A DNA stretch of 64,000 nt from Candidatus Bathyarchaeota archaeon (GTDB lineage: Archaea; Thermoproteota; Bathyarchaeia; Bathyarchaeales; Bathycorpusculaceae): contig CAWGZR010000003.1 of NCBI GenBank assembly GCA_963827165.1, forward strand, positions 96,001-160,000, read 5' to 3'. Below are positions 29,847 through 38,513 of the stretch, piece by piece. The notes below the pieces were generated by a model. The model searched no databases and was not told where the DNA came from. It saw only the letters and a program-made list of their open reading frames with translations. Numbering within the stretch: position 1 is the first letter of the stretch; the number at the start of each line of letters is the position of its first letter. Position numbers and translations under genes: made by a program.

Positions 29847-31706
29847 CCATGAGTCCATAACCAACATACAGATTGCTGAGCAAGAAAGCTTCTTTAGTTT
29901 TTTATGCCCGACTGCAGCCTTAAGCTATTGTGAAGACAGCAAAAGACTACAGCAGGGCAAAAACAGTATATTTTAGCCCAGAGATAAAGCTGTGCCCAAA
30001 CTGCCACCAACCACTTAAAAGAAGCCACATCTCATGGCAAAAATACATCTTCACACTCAAAGGCACACTCAAAGCAACCAGCTATGCCTACCACTGCACA
30101 AACAAAACATGCCCAAAACCACAAGAAATCTACCGCTCAACAGAAGCAGAAATGCTAAGTCTCAAATTCTACCAGTTCAGCATAGACGTTATAGTCAAAG
30201 TGGGATTCCTACATTTTAAACAGCACCAGACAATCGACGAAATTAGACAAACCCTAAAGAAACTTCACATTTGCCGCTCAGAAATCAACCTACTCTGCCA
30301 AGCATATCTAGCATTGACAACAGCAAACAGGCAACAAGACACAACCTACCTAGACAAGATCCGAACCAACGGCGGCATAACACTCGCACTTGACGGTGTT
30401 CAACCAGAGAAAGGCAACGAAACCCTCTGGATACTAAAAGATACCCTGACAGGAGAAACACTTCTAGCCAGAAACCTAAAGTCAGCCGACAGGGACAGCA
30501 TCGCTACTTTGCTAAGGGAAATCAAAGCCTTAGAAATTCCAGTAAAAGGCGTCATTAGTGATGGCCAAAGAAGCATCCGCTTAGCAGTTGCACAAGAATT
30601 TCCAGGCGTACCGCATCAACTCTGCCACTTCCACTTCTTACGCAACATTGCTAGACCCATCTCAGAGATGGATCGAGCGTTAAAGGTTGATCTTAAAAAG
30701 AAAGTCAGAGGCATAAAATCAATTGAGAAACAGGCAGCTTGCCAAAGTGACAACACAAACCAGCTAATTTTTCAATACTGCAGAGCCATCAGGTTTGCGT
30801 TGCAGGATGACGGATGCTACCCGCTTGAACCTGGCGGTTTGAAGCTTTATCGCAGGCTTAAGAGGATTCAGCATTCACTAGAACTTGACAACAAAGTTCA
30901 TCCAAACCCAGATCTTGAAAAGCTTCTAAGAAAACTCTCGATTGTTGATGCGCTCAAGCTGCAATATGGGCGAATTAAGCGGTTGTATACGCTGATTTTT
31001 GAGGCTAACGCCATACTTAAACAAGATGCCAATTCAGAGAAAGTGGAAGCGGATATGTTGCTGTTCTTTGAGAAGTTAACGAAGCTGCATTTTAAGAGGC
31101 GAGAGGAAAGGATGGCTATTTGTAATATTCTCAGGTTTGCTGCTAGTTATTGGGAGGGGCTGTTTCATCACTATGACCATCGGGAGATTCCCCGAACCAA
31201 TAATGATTTGGAGCGTTTTAATCGTAAGCTAAAGATTGCTCATCGGAAAACTACTGGAAGAGCTAGTTGCCAAGGCTATATTGTTCGTTATGGCGCTTAT
31301 GTTGCGTTGCTTGATGATTCTGTTTCTGAGGTTCAAATGCTTGTTAAGCTACGATTTGTTGAGTATATGGATTTTCGTCGATGTTTTGGGGAGATCAGGA
31401 GCTTTAGACGTAGGCTTAGTTTTAAGAGATGTTTGTCTGAAGACTTCAATGGTTTTTTGTGTGCTTTGGAGAAAGAGTGGGCTAAAATATCTGTTTAGTC
31501 GCCGTATAAAATGCTTTAGGATCGGGTTATTTAGGGGTGCTGTTCGATGAGTTTTCTTGTTATATAAAGATGATTTTGTTGTTGGTTTGATGTTTATTTT
31601 TAATGGCGTATAAATCGAGTTTTTTTTTTGTGAAAGCTTGTTTTTAGTGGAATTTGAGTTTCTTTAGGCGGATTTCTGTCGAAGCTAGCTGCTTATGGAC
31701 ATATGG
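29847..31706 (+). mobile_element. IS with MULE/IS256-like DDE transposase
   Basis: 14-bp imperfect TIR ccatgagtccataa / ttatggacatatgg, with A-tracts on both flanks. Confidence 0.8.
29930..31498 (+). CDS. MULE-like DDE transposase with N-terminal Zn finger
   Basis: LALDG, VISDG, HQLCHFHFLRN, IPRTNNDLERF. Confidence 0.9.
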   Translation: MKTAKDYSRAKTVYFSPEIKLCPNCHQPLKRSHISWQKYIFTLKGTLKATSYAYHCTNKTCPKPQEIYRSTEAEMLSLKFYQFSIDVIVKVGFLHFKQHQTIDEIRQTLKKLHICRSEINLLCQAYLALTTANRQQDTTYLDKIRTNGGITLALDGVQPEKGNETLWILKDTLTGETLLARNLKSADRDSIATLLREIKALEIPVKGVISDGQRSIRLAVAQEFPGVPHQLCHFHFLRNIARPISEMDRALKVDLKKKVRGIKSIEKQAACQSDNTNQLIFQYCRAIRFALQDDGCYPLEPGGLKLYRRLKRIQHSLELDNKVHPNPDLEKLLRKLSIVDALKLQYGRIKRLYTLIFEANAILKQDANSEKVEADMLLFFEKLTKLHFKRREERMAICNILRFAASYWEGLFHHYDHREIPRTNNDLERFNRKLKIAHRKTTGRASCQGYIVRYGAYVALLDDSVSEVQMLVKLRFVEYMDFRRCFGEIRSFRRRLSFKRCLSEDFNGFLCALEKEWAKISV

Positions 31707-31749
31707 AAAAAAAAAATAAGGGCGTCGGGAGATTCCGACCAGTTCATCC

Positions 31750-32568
31750 CTATTCTGAATGTATTTTTCGCATATAGGCTGCTACTGTGAGGGGCGCGAA
31801 TATGGCAACAATTACACCTATTCCGATGAGTGATAGCCAGAAGTCATTGCCGATAGTGCCTTGGTTGAAAAGCTGTCGAATTGCATCAACAAGATAGGTA
31901 ACTGGATTCAATTTAACGAATGTTTGCAGCCAGTTGGGCAGTGTGTTGGTGGGTACAAAAGCATTAGAAAGGAAAGTTAGCGGAAACAGGATAGCAAAAG
32001 AGATTCCTTGTACACTGGATGCGGAATTACCGATGACACCCATTAAAGCAAATATCCAACTGATACACCAGGCAGCCAGAATAACCAGAAGGCCGCCAGC
32101 AACAACGCCTCCAATACTAGCCCATCGGAAACCAAGGATATAACCCATGACTAGTACCAGAGAGGTGGCGATGCTGTAGCGTAGCAGGTCTGCTATCGCT
32201 GCCCCGGTTATGGGGGTTTCGTGTGAGATTGGAAGGGATTTGAAACGATTGAACACGCCCTTCTCCATATCCTCGCGGAGTTGAACGCCCATAGCGCTGG
32301 TAGCAGTCAACGCAGTCTGGACCATGATGCCTGGCACAATTATTGGTAGATAACTAGTGATGTTGCCAGAGATTGCGCCTCCAAAGAGGAAGGTAAACAA
32401 TAGCGTGAATAAAATGGGTTGTACGATAACGTCAAAAAGTTGTTCTGGGTTTCGGCGAATTAGAAGCAGATGGCGATAAGCCATGGTTAATGAGTTCCGG
32501 ATAGTCATAGGGATGCTTGTGCGGTTCTTTAGTTTGCGTTCGATGCCTGGAACAATTTTTGTTGTCAT
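31750..32568 (-). CDS. ABC-2 type exporter permease (DrrB-like)
   Basis: RRNPEQL.D..VQP, DMEKGVFNRF.SLPI, FLSNAFVP..LP.WLQ. Confidence 0.92.
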   Translation of the reverse strand: MTTKIVPGIERKLKNRTSIPMTIRNSLTMAYRHLLLIRRNPEQLFDVIVQPILFTLLFTFLFGGAISGNITSYLPIIVPGIMVQTALTATSAMGVQLREDMEKGVFNRFKSLPISHETPITGAAIADLLRYSIATSLVLVMGYILGFRWASIGGVVAGGLLVILAAWCISWIFALMGVIGNSASSVQGISFAILFPLTFLSNAFVPTNTLPNWLQTFVKLNPVTYLVDAIRQLFNQGTIGNDFWLSLIGIGVIVAIFAPLTVAAYMRKIHSE

Positions 32569-33629
32569 TGTTTGTTCGCTCCTTTTTGGGTTTGCTTACT
32601 TTCATGTTCATTTTTGTTTTCGCCGGTAAGGGTGAGGAAAACTTCGTCTAGGGATGGTTCTTGCACGTTCACTCTAGAAAGGCGGATGTTTTCTTGACGC
32701 AGAGCGAGGAGTAAATCGGTTACTCGTTCAGGGTCTGCTATGAGGGCTGTGATGAGGTTGGGCTCGTTTGTCGATGCTTTTGCGTTGAGTACGGTTTGAA
32801 CGATGTTCATTGCTTTGGCGTTATCTTTCTCGTTTTCGAGTCGTAGATGCAACGTTGCGCTTCCGACTTTGGCTTTTAACTCGTTAGGTGTACCTTCAGC
32901 CACTACACGTCCATGGTCGATAACGACGATTCGGTCAGCAAGTTGGTCGGCTTCATCGAGATACTGAGTCGTTAAGAGAATCGTGGACCCAGATGAAGCA
33001 ATTTCTCGGATAATTTTCCACATTTGATTTCTGGTCCGTGGGTCAAGTCCGGTTGTGGGCTCATCCAGAAAAATGAGCGGTGCTTGCACAATGAGACTTG
33101 CCGCGAAATCGAGCTTGTGTCTCATACCTCCCGAGAATTTCTCGACTGGTCGGTTGGCAGCTTCGGTTAACCCAAATTCTTCTAGCAACTCTGTGGTTCT
33201 TTTGCGTGCTTCAGATGTACTTAAGCCAAGTAACATTCCAAAGATTCTCAAGTTCTCGGCTGCGGATAGTTTTTCGTCAAGAGCGGCATCTTGGTCAGTT
33301 ACACTGATTAGCTGACGGACGATTTGTGCCTCACGCTGTACGTCATGGCCAAATATTTTAGCGGTTCCGCCGTCTGGCTTTAGCAGTGTCGCAAGCATAT
33401 TGATGGTAGTTGTCTTACCTGCACCGTTTGGTCCAAGCAAGCCATATATGCTGCCTGTCGGTATGGCTAAATCCACGCCATCAACTGCATGATTATCGCC
33501 AAATATCTTTACGAGTCCCTTGGCTTCTACGGCAAGTGTGCCTAGTTCTATTTTTTTGGATGGGTTCTTCGGGGTTTCAACCTGAATGTCTAACTGTTTC
33601 GACATTTTTTTACTTCCCTTTATTTTCAC
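32565..33629 (-). CDS. ABC exporter ATP-binding protein (DrrA-like)
   Basis: GPNGAGKTT, FSGGM, FLDEPTTGLDP, PSLDEVFL. Confidence 0.95.
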   Translation of the reverse strand: MKIKGSKKMSKQLDIQVETPKNPSKKIELGTLAVEAKGLVKIFGDNHAVDGVDLAIPTGSIYGLLGPNGAGKTTTINMLATLLKPDGGTAKIFGHDVQREAQIVRQLISVTDQDAALDEKLSAAENLRIFGMLLGLSTSEARKRTTELLEEFGLTEAANRPVEKFSGGMRHKLDFAASLIVQAPLIFLDEPTTGLDPRTRNQMWKIIREIASSGSTILLTTQYLDEADQLADRIVVIDHGRVVAEGTPNELKAKVGSATLHLRLENEKDNAKAMNIVQTVLNAKASTNEPNLITALIADPERVTDLLLALRQENIRLSRVNVQEPSLDEVFLTLTGENKNEHESKQTQKGANKQ

Positions 33630-34293
33630 TCATAGTTTTGCCTTTAATCTTGTTCCTTATTTCTTCAAGTTTCGCTGATGCATCATCAAGTGCTTTTAGT
33701 GCTTCATCTAATTCTTTCTCTGAATAGTTTTCTCTCAAAGCTTTACTTAGCTCAATTGACGCGTGGAAAAGGTGCTCCACCGAAGCATGGATTTGGCGAG
33801 ATTTTTCTTGAGGTATATCGCTAAAGAACCTGTCAAAGAAGGGATGGGTCATAAATCCTCCGTCTTGAGTGAATTTTTCTCTAATTTTGGCTTGTTCTTC
33901 AAGTAATTCTTTGCCGCTTTGTGTTAACTCATAGCGTTTGAACCCGTTTTCGGTGGGTAGTTCTTTTACGTACGCATTATCTTGTAGATAGGCGAGCAGT
34001 GGGTAGATTGAGCCTGGACTGGGTTTCCATACGCCGCCGGTGTGTTTTCCGATTTGATCCATTAGTTCTGAGCCTGACATTGGGTGTTCGTTGAGCGCTT
34101 CAAGCACATGGTAGCGGAGGAAGCCTTTTGGCACCATGGCGTTATGCCGGAGCCAGTTTCGCCTGTGGAACATCATGTGTTTTTTGTGTTTTTCTTCGCG
34201 CATTTCCTTTTCCATTTCTTTTTTTTCGTCTCTTTCTTCTTTATCCATAAATATCACTATAGATATCATTATTGACTTCACATGTGATATCAT
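33610..34293 (-). CDS. PadR family transcriptional regulator
   Basis: PKGFLRY.VL..L...PMSG.EL, WKPSPGSIYPLL, YELT..GK. Confidence 0.92.
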   Translation of the reverse strand: MISHVKSIMISIVIFMDKEERDEKKEMEKEMREEKHKKHMMFHRRNWLRHNAMVPKGFLRYHVLEALNEHPMSGSELMDQIGKHTGGVWKPSPGSIYPLLAYLQDNAYVKELPTENGFKRYELTQSGKELLEEQAKIREKFTQDGGFMTHPFFDRFFSDIPQEKSRQIHASVEHLFHASIELSKALRENYSEKELDEALKALDDASAKLEEIRNKIKGKTMSENKGK

Positions 34294-34587
34294 AAGTGAT
34301 ATTTAAGTTTATTGCGACCACTTGGGCAATTAAAATATATCCTTCGGGAATTTAGCTTAAAAATGGGTTAATATAGACGTCAAGTTGTTATCGAACAAAT
34401 TGCTTACGGGTGTGACTGACCCGGAAATTTGCGGCTGATGAGGTTTTTTAGCTTTTAGATTAAGCTTTAACAATACTATACTCTTCTCAGAACTATCGAT
34501 TCTGATCTGCTGGCCCCAAAAAACTAAAGCTGAAGCGCTCAACATTGGTTGTGTACCGCAGAAGAGACATCGCCATTGGGGTACTCA

Positions 34588-35862
34588 TTATAGTTCGGTT
34601 TCTTTATACCTCAGAGTATCTATTGTATCTCTAATGAAGGTTTTACCCTTACTCGTCAACGAGTAAACGCCGTTTGTTAAAACAATATATGCCTCCTCGG
34701 TTAAGGGCTTGATAAGGTCAGAAAAGTTATCTTCGAAGTCAACGCCTGTTCCAACCCTAAATTCATTAAAAACTGCTGGCATATAGCTGGGTCGGAAAGT
34801 TTCTTCCAACGAATCCACAAGCTCCTGCTTAGTGCTTAATTTGCCTTTGTAAATTGAGTATAAAATCCAGTTTCGGAAGTTGTCCAAGCGGCGCTGCTCA
34901 AATCGTTTTTCAATTGGCAACTTGAACTTTGAAAACTCGGGCTGTTGCCCCTTCATTGATTTGCTAACTTCTCGGGTTAAACTTACTCCATCAATGCTGA
35001 TTCTAACAGCTATGAATACTCCAACTATCGCATCTACCCAGTATATGCCAAATATAGAGAAGATTACGCCCACAATAACAGCTGCCGAGGAGTAAACGCT
35101 GTTTTTGGAGTCGATAGATTGGGATATGAGTGCAAGGCTCTGGTTTCTGTTTCCCACAACCCGCTGATAAAGCGAAAGGACAAACATCGATAGCATAGCT
35201 ATGAGTTCTATGACGATTACCACCATAGGCATAGATATGGGCAAGAATGTTCCATGTACCCGGTGAATTATGGAATTTGCTGAGTCATAAAACAGAATAG
35301 CAGCTGTTAGAAACATCAACCCAAGTATGATAACCGTGCCCAAGGTGTCTTTTTTGAATTTTATGCCCGCCCAAACAATCCCAGAAGACGCTGTATCGAC
35401 TGTCGTGTCTGCACCATCAGCGATCAAGCCGACACTACCACTAAAAAAACCAGCCGACATTTTCAGCACTGCTAAAACAAGGTAACCGGCGGTCGCGTTC
35501 CTCGCAGCAGCAGAGGGACTTGAAATCTGGGTTTCAATCCTGTGGACCAAACTTTCCATGTCACTGGCGATTTCTTCCGCTTGCACCCTGCCTACAGCCG
35601 TTAACTCATACGCAGCATTATCTGAAAGTTTTATCAATTCTTTTCGTACCAGGTCATCGCATGTCGATGCTACACACAACGTTTCTGAACGTGCACGTCG
35701 TTCTCCAGTCTGGTTGTGTAAACCTGAGGTTTGCAGGGCAGTTTTTTCTTGGAGTTGTAGCAGGGGTTGGGCGCCTTCTTTGCGAAGAATCAGTAGGATG
35801 CATTGAGCTAAATCGCCACTTATCCTTAGTTTCCTGTTTCGTGCCAAGCAAATCACATTCAA
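34588..35862 (-). CDS. Cation diffusion facilitator-like TM domain flanked by winged-helix-like domains
   Basis: K..AGFFSGSVGLIADG.D, VDAIVG..IA core; YELT..GR and YSLT.KGK wing motifs in the N- and C-terminal domains. Confidence 0.75.
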   Translation of the reverse strand: MNVICLARNRKLRISGDLAQCILLILRKEGAQPLLQLQEKTALQTSGLHNQTGERRARSETLCVASTCDDLVRKELIKLSDNAAYELTAVGRVQAEEIASDMESLVHRIETQISSPSAAARNATAGYLVLAVLKMSAGFFSGSVGLIADGADTTVDTASSGIVWAGIKFKKDTLGTVIILGLMFLTAAILFYDSANSIIHRVHGTFLPISMPMVVIVIELIAMLSMFVLSLYQRVVGNRNQSLALISQSIDSKNSVYSSAAVIVGVIFSIFGIYWVDAIVGVFIAVRISIDGVSLTREVSKSMKGQQPEFSKFKLPIEKRFEQRRLDNFRNWILYSIYKGKLSTKQELVDSLEETFRPSYMPAVFNEFRVGTGVDFEDNFSDLIKPLTEEAYIVLTNGVYSLTSKGKTFIRDTIDTLRYKETEL

Positions 35863-35988
35863 TATCTGATGTTAACTTTTTGATCTTGCCAAGCAAATGA
35901 TAAAAAAAATTGTATCACTGATTACATATTTGGAAGTCACAAAAAAGGTGGATGTTTAAGCATTATAATTTTTCCTCTGGGACGTCAA

Positions 35989-36028
35989 TCCCGTCGGACC
36001 CGCCTTCCCACGTACACTTTTATACTGA
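35989..36028 (+). repeat. tRNA 3'-end-like direct repeat, left boundary of the island (partner 62509-62549)
   Basis: tcccgtcggacccgc...tttatactga present at both sites. Confidence 0.7.
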
Positions 36029-36277
36029 AAACAATACTTCCCCTTTTTCTTTTTTGGTTAAATTAGTAGGTCCGGGAGAGACCTATGCATATGCTCACAT
36101 ATACCATTTTTTTGACCAGTTAAGGTTCATAAAAACGTAAGGCAGCTACACCATTTTTTTGTTGAATTGTCTACGCGAGAGCAATCTGAATGGTTTTCTT
36201 AGATTGTAGAATATCCACAAAGAAAAATCCTCTATTACGCCCCAGCAGGTTGACCAGTTCCCACCTTTGCCACAAAC

Positions 36278-36610
36278 TCAGTAGTTGTCGTACGCATTGG
36301 ATCTGTGTATAATGTCAAAAAACACGACAGCGTCGTCGTCTTTGCGATTGCAGTCCAAGCAAGAGTTGATTTTTCCATAGCCTTTTGCTCGACATTCCTT
36401 ACAAACGCTGTAAATGAGTCGATACCCAGCTTTGCCTATGTACATCCTTCGTTTGCCTTTGAACGCTGCTGTGAGTTCCTCTGAGTTTCTACATGGGTCT
36501 TCCATCATGTCTTTTATCTTTGATTCAACTCGCTGTTTTAGAAGAGCGTCTTTCTTAACGAGTTTCGCAAAGTGTTTTTGAAAATCCTGTGAGAAAAAAG
36601 GCGTGTACAC
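36278..36610 (-). CDS. RelE/ParE-like toxin with CxxC-CxxC insertion
   Basis: F.KHFAKL.K...RV..KI....DP...L...KG.RR..IG..YRLIY; abuts the antitoxin stop codon. Confidence 0.8.
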   Translation of the reverse strand: MYTPFFSQDFQKHFAKLVKKDALLKQRVESKIKDMMEDPCRNSEELTAAFKGKRRMYIGKAGYRLIYSVCKECRAKGYGKINSCLDCNRKDDDAVVFFDIIHRSNAYDNY

Positions 36611-37285
36611 TTAGAACACTTCGTCGAAGCCCAGTAGCGGTTTCGTTCGTGCAGATTCTACCGCTTTTGTTAGTGAATCGAAGGTGTCCTTTTCGAGGTA
36701 TATTTCCAAAGTGGCAATTTCGGAAGGTGTGAGGGTAAAGACTTTGGTTGCTGCATTTTCTTGGATTGGTTTCAGCAGGGGGGCTCTGAGAGGATAACGA
36801 GCGATTGTTTTGGTTCTCTCTGCCGTTTCACTCAAGGCTAAAGGACTTTGCATTCGGTAAACAGAATTCAACAGTTTCTTGAATTCCAATGGTGCATACT
36901 GTCTATTTACTTCGGTTACGGTTTTCAAGAAAGCTCTATTTCGTAAAGAAATAGACCCAAAATCTTGGAGAATACGCGTGCATTTTTCCGTCGGAATTAT
37001 CTTGGTTCCTACCTCAGCCTTCTCAGTTTCCACGATCTTTGATTCGACAAAGCTTTTTAGGTCATTTCTAAGACCTTGGCTGTAGGGGCCATAGTAGAGC
37101 TTGATGAAATAGTAGCCGAAACCCCTTTCGTTCGTCTTAGTCATTTCCTTCTCTGAAATGAATGCGAGCTTCTGGAGTTTGGTTTCAGAGAGGAAATTCG
37201 TTCTTTTGCAAGCGTCGCCAATCGAGTACGCCAGCAAGAACTGATCAATCAACCTGTTAACTGTGGTTCTGACCACTTGAATCAA
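36611..37285 (-). CDS. Panacea (DUF4065/SocA-like) antitoxin
   Basis: TKLQKLAF and YGPYS motifs; directly upstream of the RelE-like gene. Confidence 0.75.
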   Translation of the reverse strand: MIQVVRTTVNRLIDQFLLAYSIGDACKRTNFLSETKLQKLAFISEKEMTKTNERGFGYYFIKLYYGPYSQGLRNDLKSFVESKIVETEKAEVGTKIIPTEKCTRILQDFGSISLRNRAFLKTVTEVNRQYAPLEFKKLLNSVYRMQSPLALSETAERTKTIARYPLRAPLLKPIQENAATKVFTLTPSEIATLEIYLEKDTFDSLTKAVESARTKPLLGFDEVF

Positions 37286-37382
37286 TCCAACAATAGGAGT
37301 AGATTCATCACAGCTATAAGATTTTTATTCCTTCTAACCATAAATTGATCAGTCAGCTCGTGGCGGACTACGGCGTGAATGA

Positions 37383-38177
37383 ATGGCGAAACCTTGGGCA
37401 ACCCCGCAATGGAAGAAGAAGCGTCTTGAATTCATACAGGACAAAACTTGTGAATGGCGCGGCTCAGCGGAGAACCTCGCAATTCACCACGTTGAACACT
37501 TTAACGGGTTGCAAGAATACAAGAAACTCTTAACCCGAACGATAAGTCAACATTTTGCTGCAGGGAAGAACAAAGATGAAAAGCTTGATTTGCTCGCCGA
37601 AGCCAATCAGAAAGTCCAGGTAAGGTATGTTAATTTATGTCCCAAGTGTGGCTCCCAAGTTTATTCCCGAAAAACCATTACTCCGAAATACAAATGCAAG
37701 AACTGCAGTACCGAAACCAACAACCCAGCGAAGAAACTAAGTCCTGACTCCCAGAAAGCATTACGCAGAGAATTCCGCAAATCCTTCCTGCAGAGCCACA
37801 AAGAAACAATCGACAAAACTTTCAAGGAGTTGAAGGAGAACTCAAATAAGGAGTACCTCGATTTCAAAAACGTGAACGTTCTGTGCAGAAAATGTCATTA
37901 CGCAAGAGAAAAGGGCTTGGTCATTTGCGAAGTCTGCCACAAAAGCTACCACAAACCCAAATACGAAAAATGCTGGAAGTGTTTCAAAAAAACTACTGAC
38001 GGCAAGACGGTTGCTCAGTTGAGTGAATTCTCACCATATATAAATCCGTGGTGTGGCAAAACTTTCCAGATTAAGAGAAAACTGTGGGCAGTTGAAGCCA
38101 ACCCAAGAACGTGTTGTATCTCTTATTGCGAAGAAGATCCTGAAAGTTGCATCAAAGCCAAAAGCAACTGGAGTTAA
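37383..38177 (+). CDS. HNH-like nuclease with multiple zinc ribbons
   Basis: W.KKR...CEW.G...L.IHH and VLCRKCH halves separated by a CxxC-CxxC insert; further CxxC pairs. Confidence 0.65.
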   Translation: MAKPWATPQWKKKRLEFIQDKTCEWRGSAENLAIHHVEHFNGLQEYKKLLTRTISQHFAAGKNKDEKLDLLAEANQKVQVRYVNLCPKCGSQVYSRKTITPKYKCKNCSTETNNPAKKLSPDSQKALRREFRKSFLQSHKETIDKTFKELKENSNKEYLDFKNVNVLCRKCHYAREKGLVICEVCHKSYHKPKYEKCWKCFKKTTDGKTVAQLSEFSPYINPWCGKTFQIKRKLWAVEANPRTCCISYCEEDPESCIKAKSNWS

Positions 38178-38202
38178 CACTCTAACTTAGAATTTCATCT
38201 CT

Positions 38203-38340
38203 TCAATCATTGCGTTTTAGCAAGAAGAAAATGATTAGAATTATTACTGCGATGACAGCACCAGCAATGAAATACCATAATACATTGTTAGCCCAGATGC
38301 CTCCCCAATTGTACGGTGTTGATGTTGGACCCTCGGCCAT
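38203..38340 (-). CDS. Small single-TM protein (45 aa, below ORF-track cutoff)
   Basis: MAEGPTSTPYNWGGIWANNVLWYFIAGAVIAVIILIIFFLLKRND with SD GAGGT. Confidence 0.5.
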   Translation of the reverse strand: MAEGPTSTPYNWGGIWANNVLWYFIAGAVIAVIILIIFFLLKRND

Positions 38341-38441
38341 TAGACTGACCTCAATTGCACTCAACTTACCCAACTACTATTTAAAATATGCACAACGGAA
38401 ATTGCCCAGAAAAAGGTTGGAAAGTACATATTAGCCCCTGG

Positions 38442-38482
38442 GGGTTCAAATCCCAGCTTGGTTCATAATTAGATTCGAACCC
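38442..38482. repeat. 41-bp mini-unit bounded by inverted T-arm-like ends
   Basis: gggttcaaatc ... gattcgaaccc. Confidence 0.6.
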
Positions 38483-38513
38483 AATATAGTATACTTCCTC
38501 CAAATTGTTTTTG

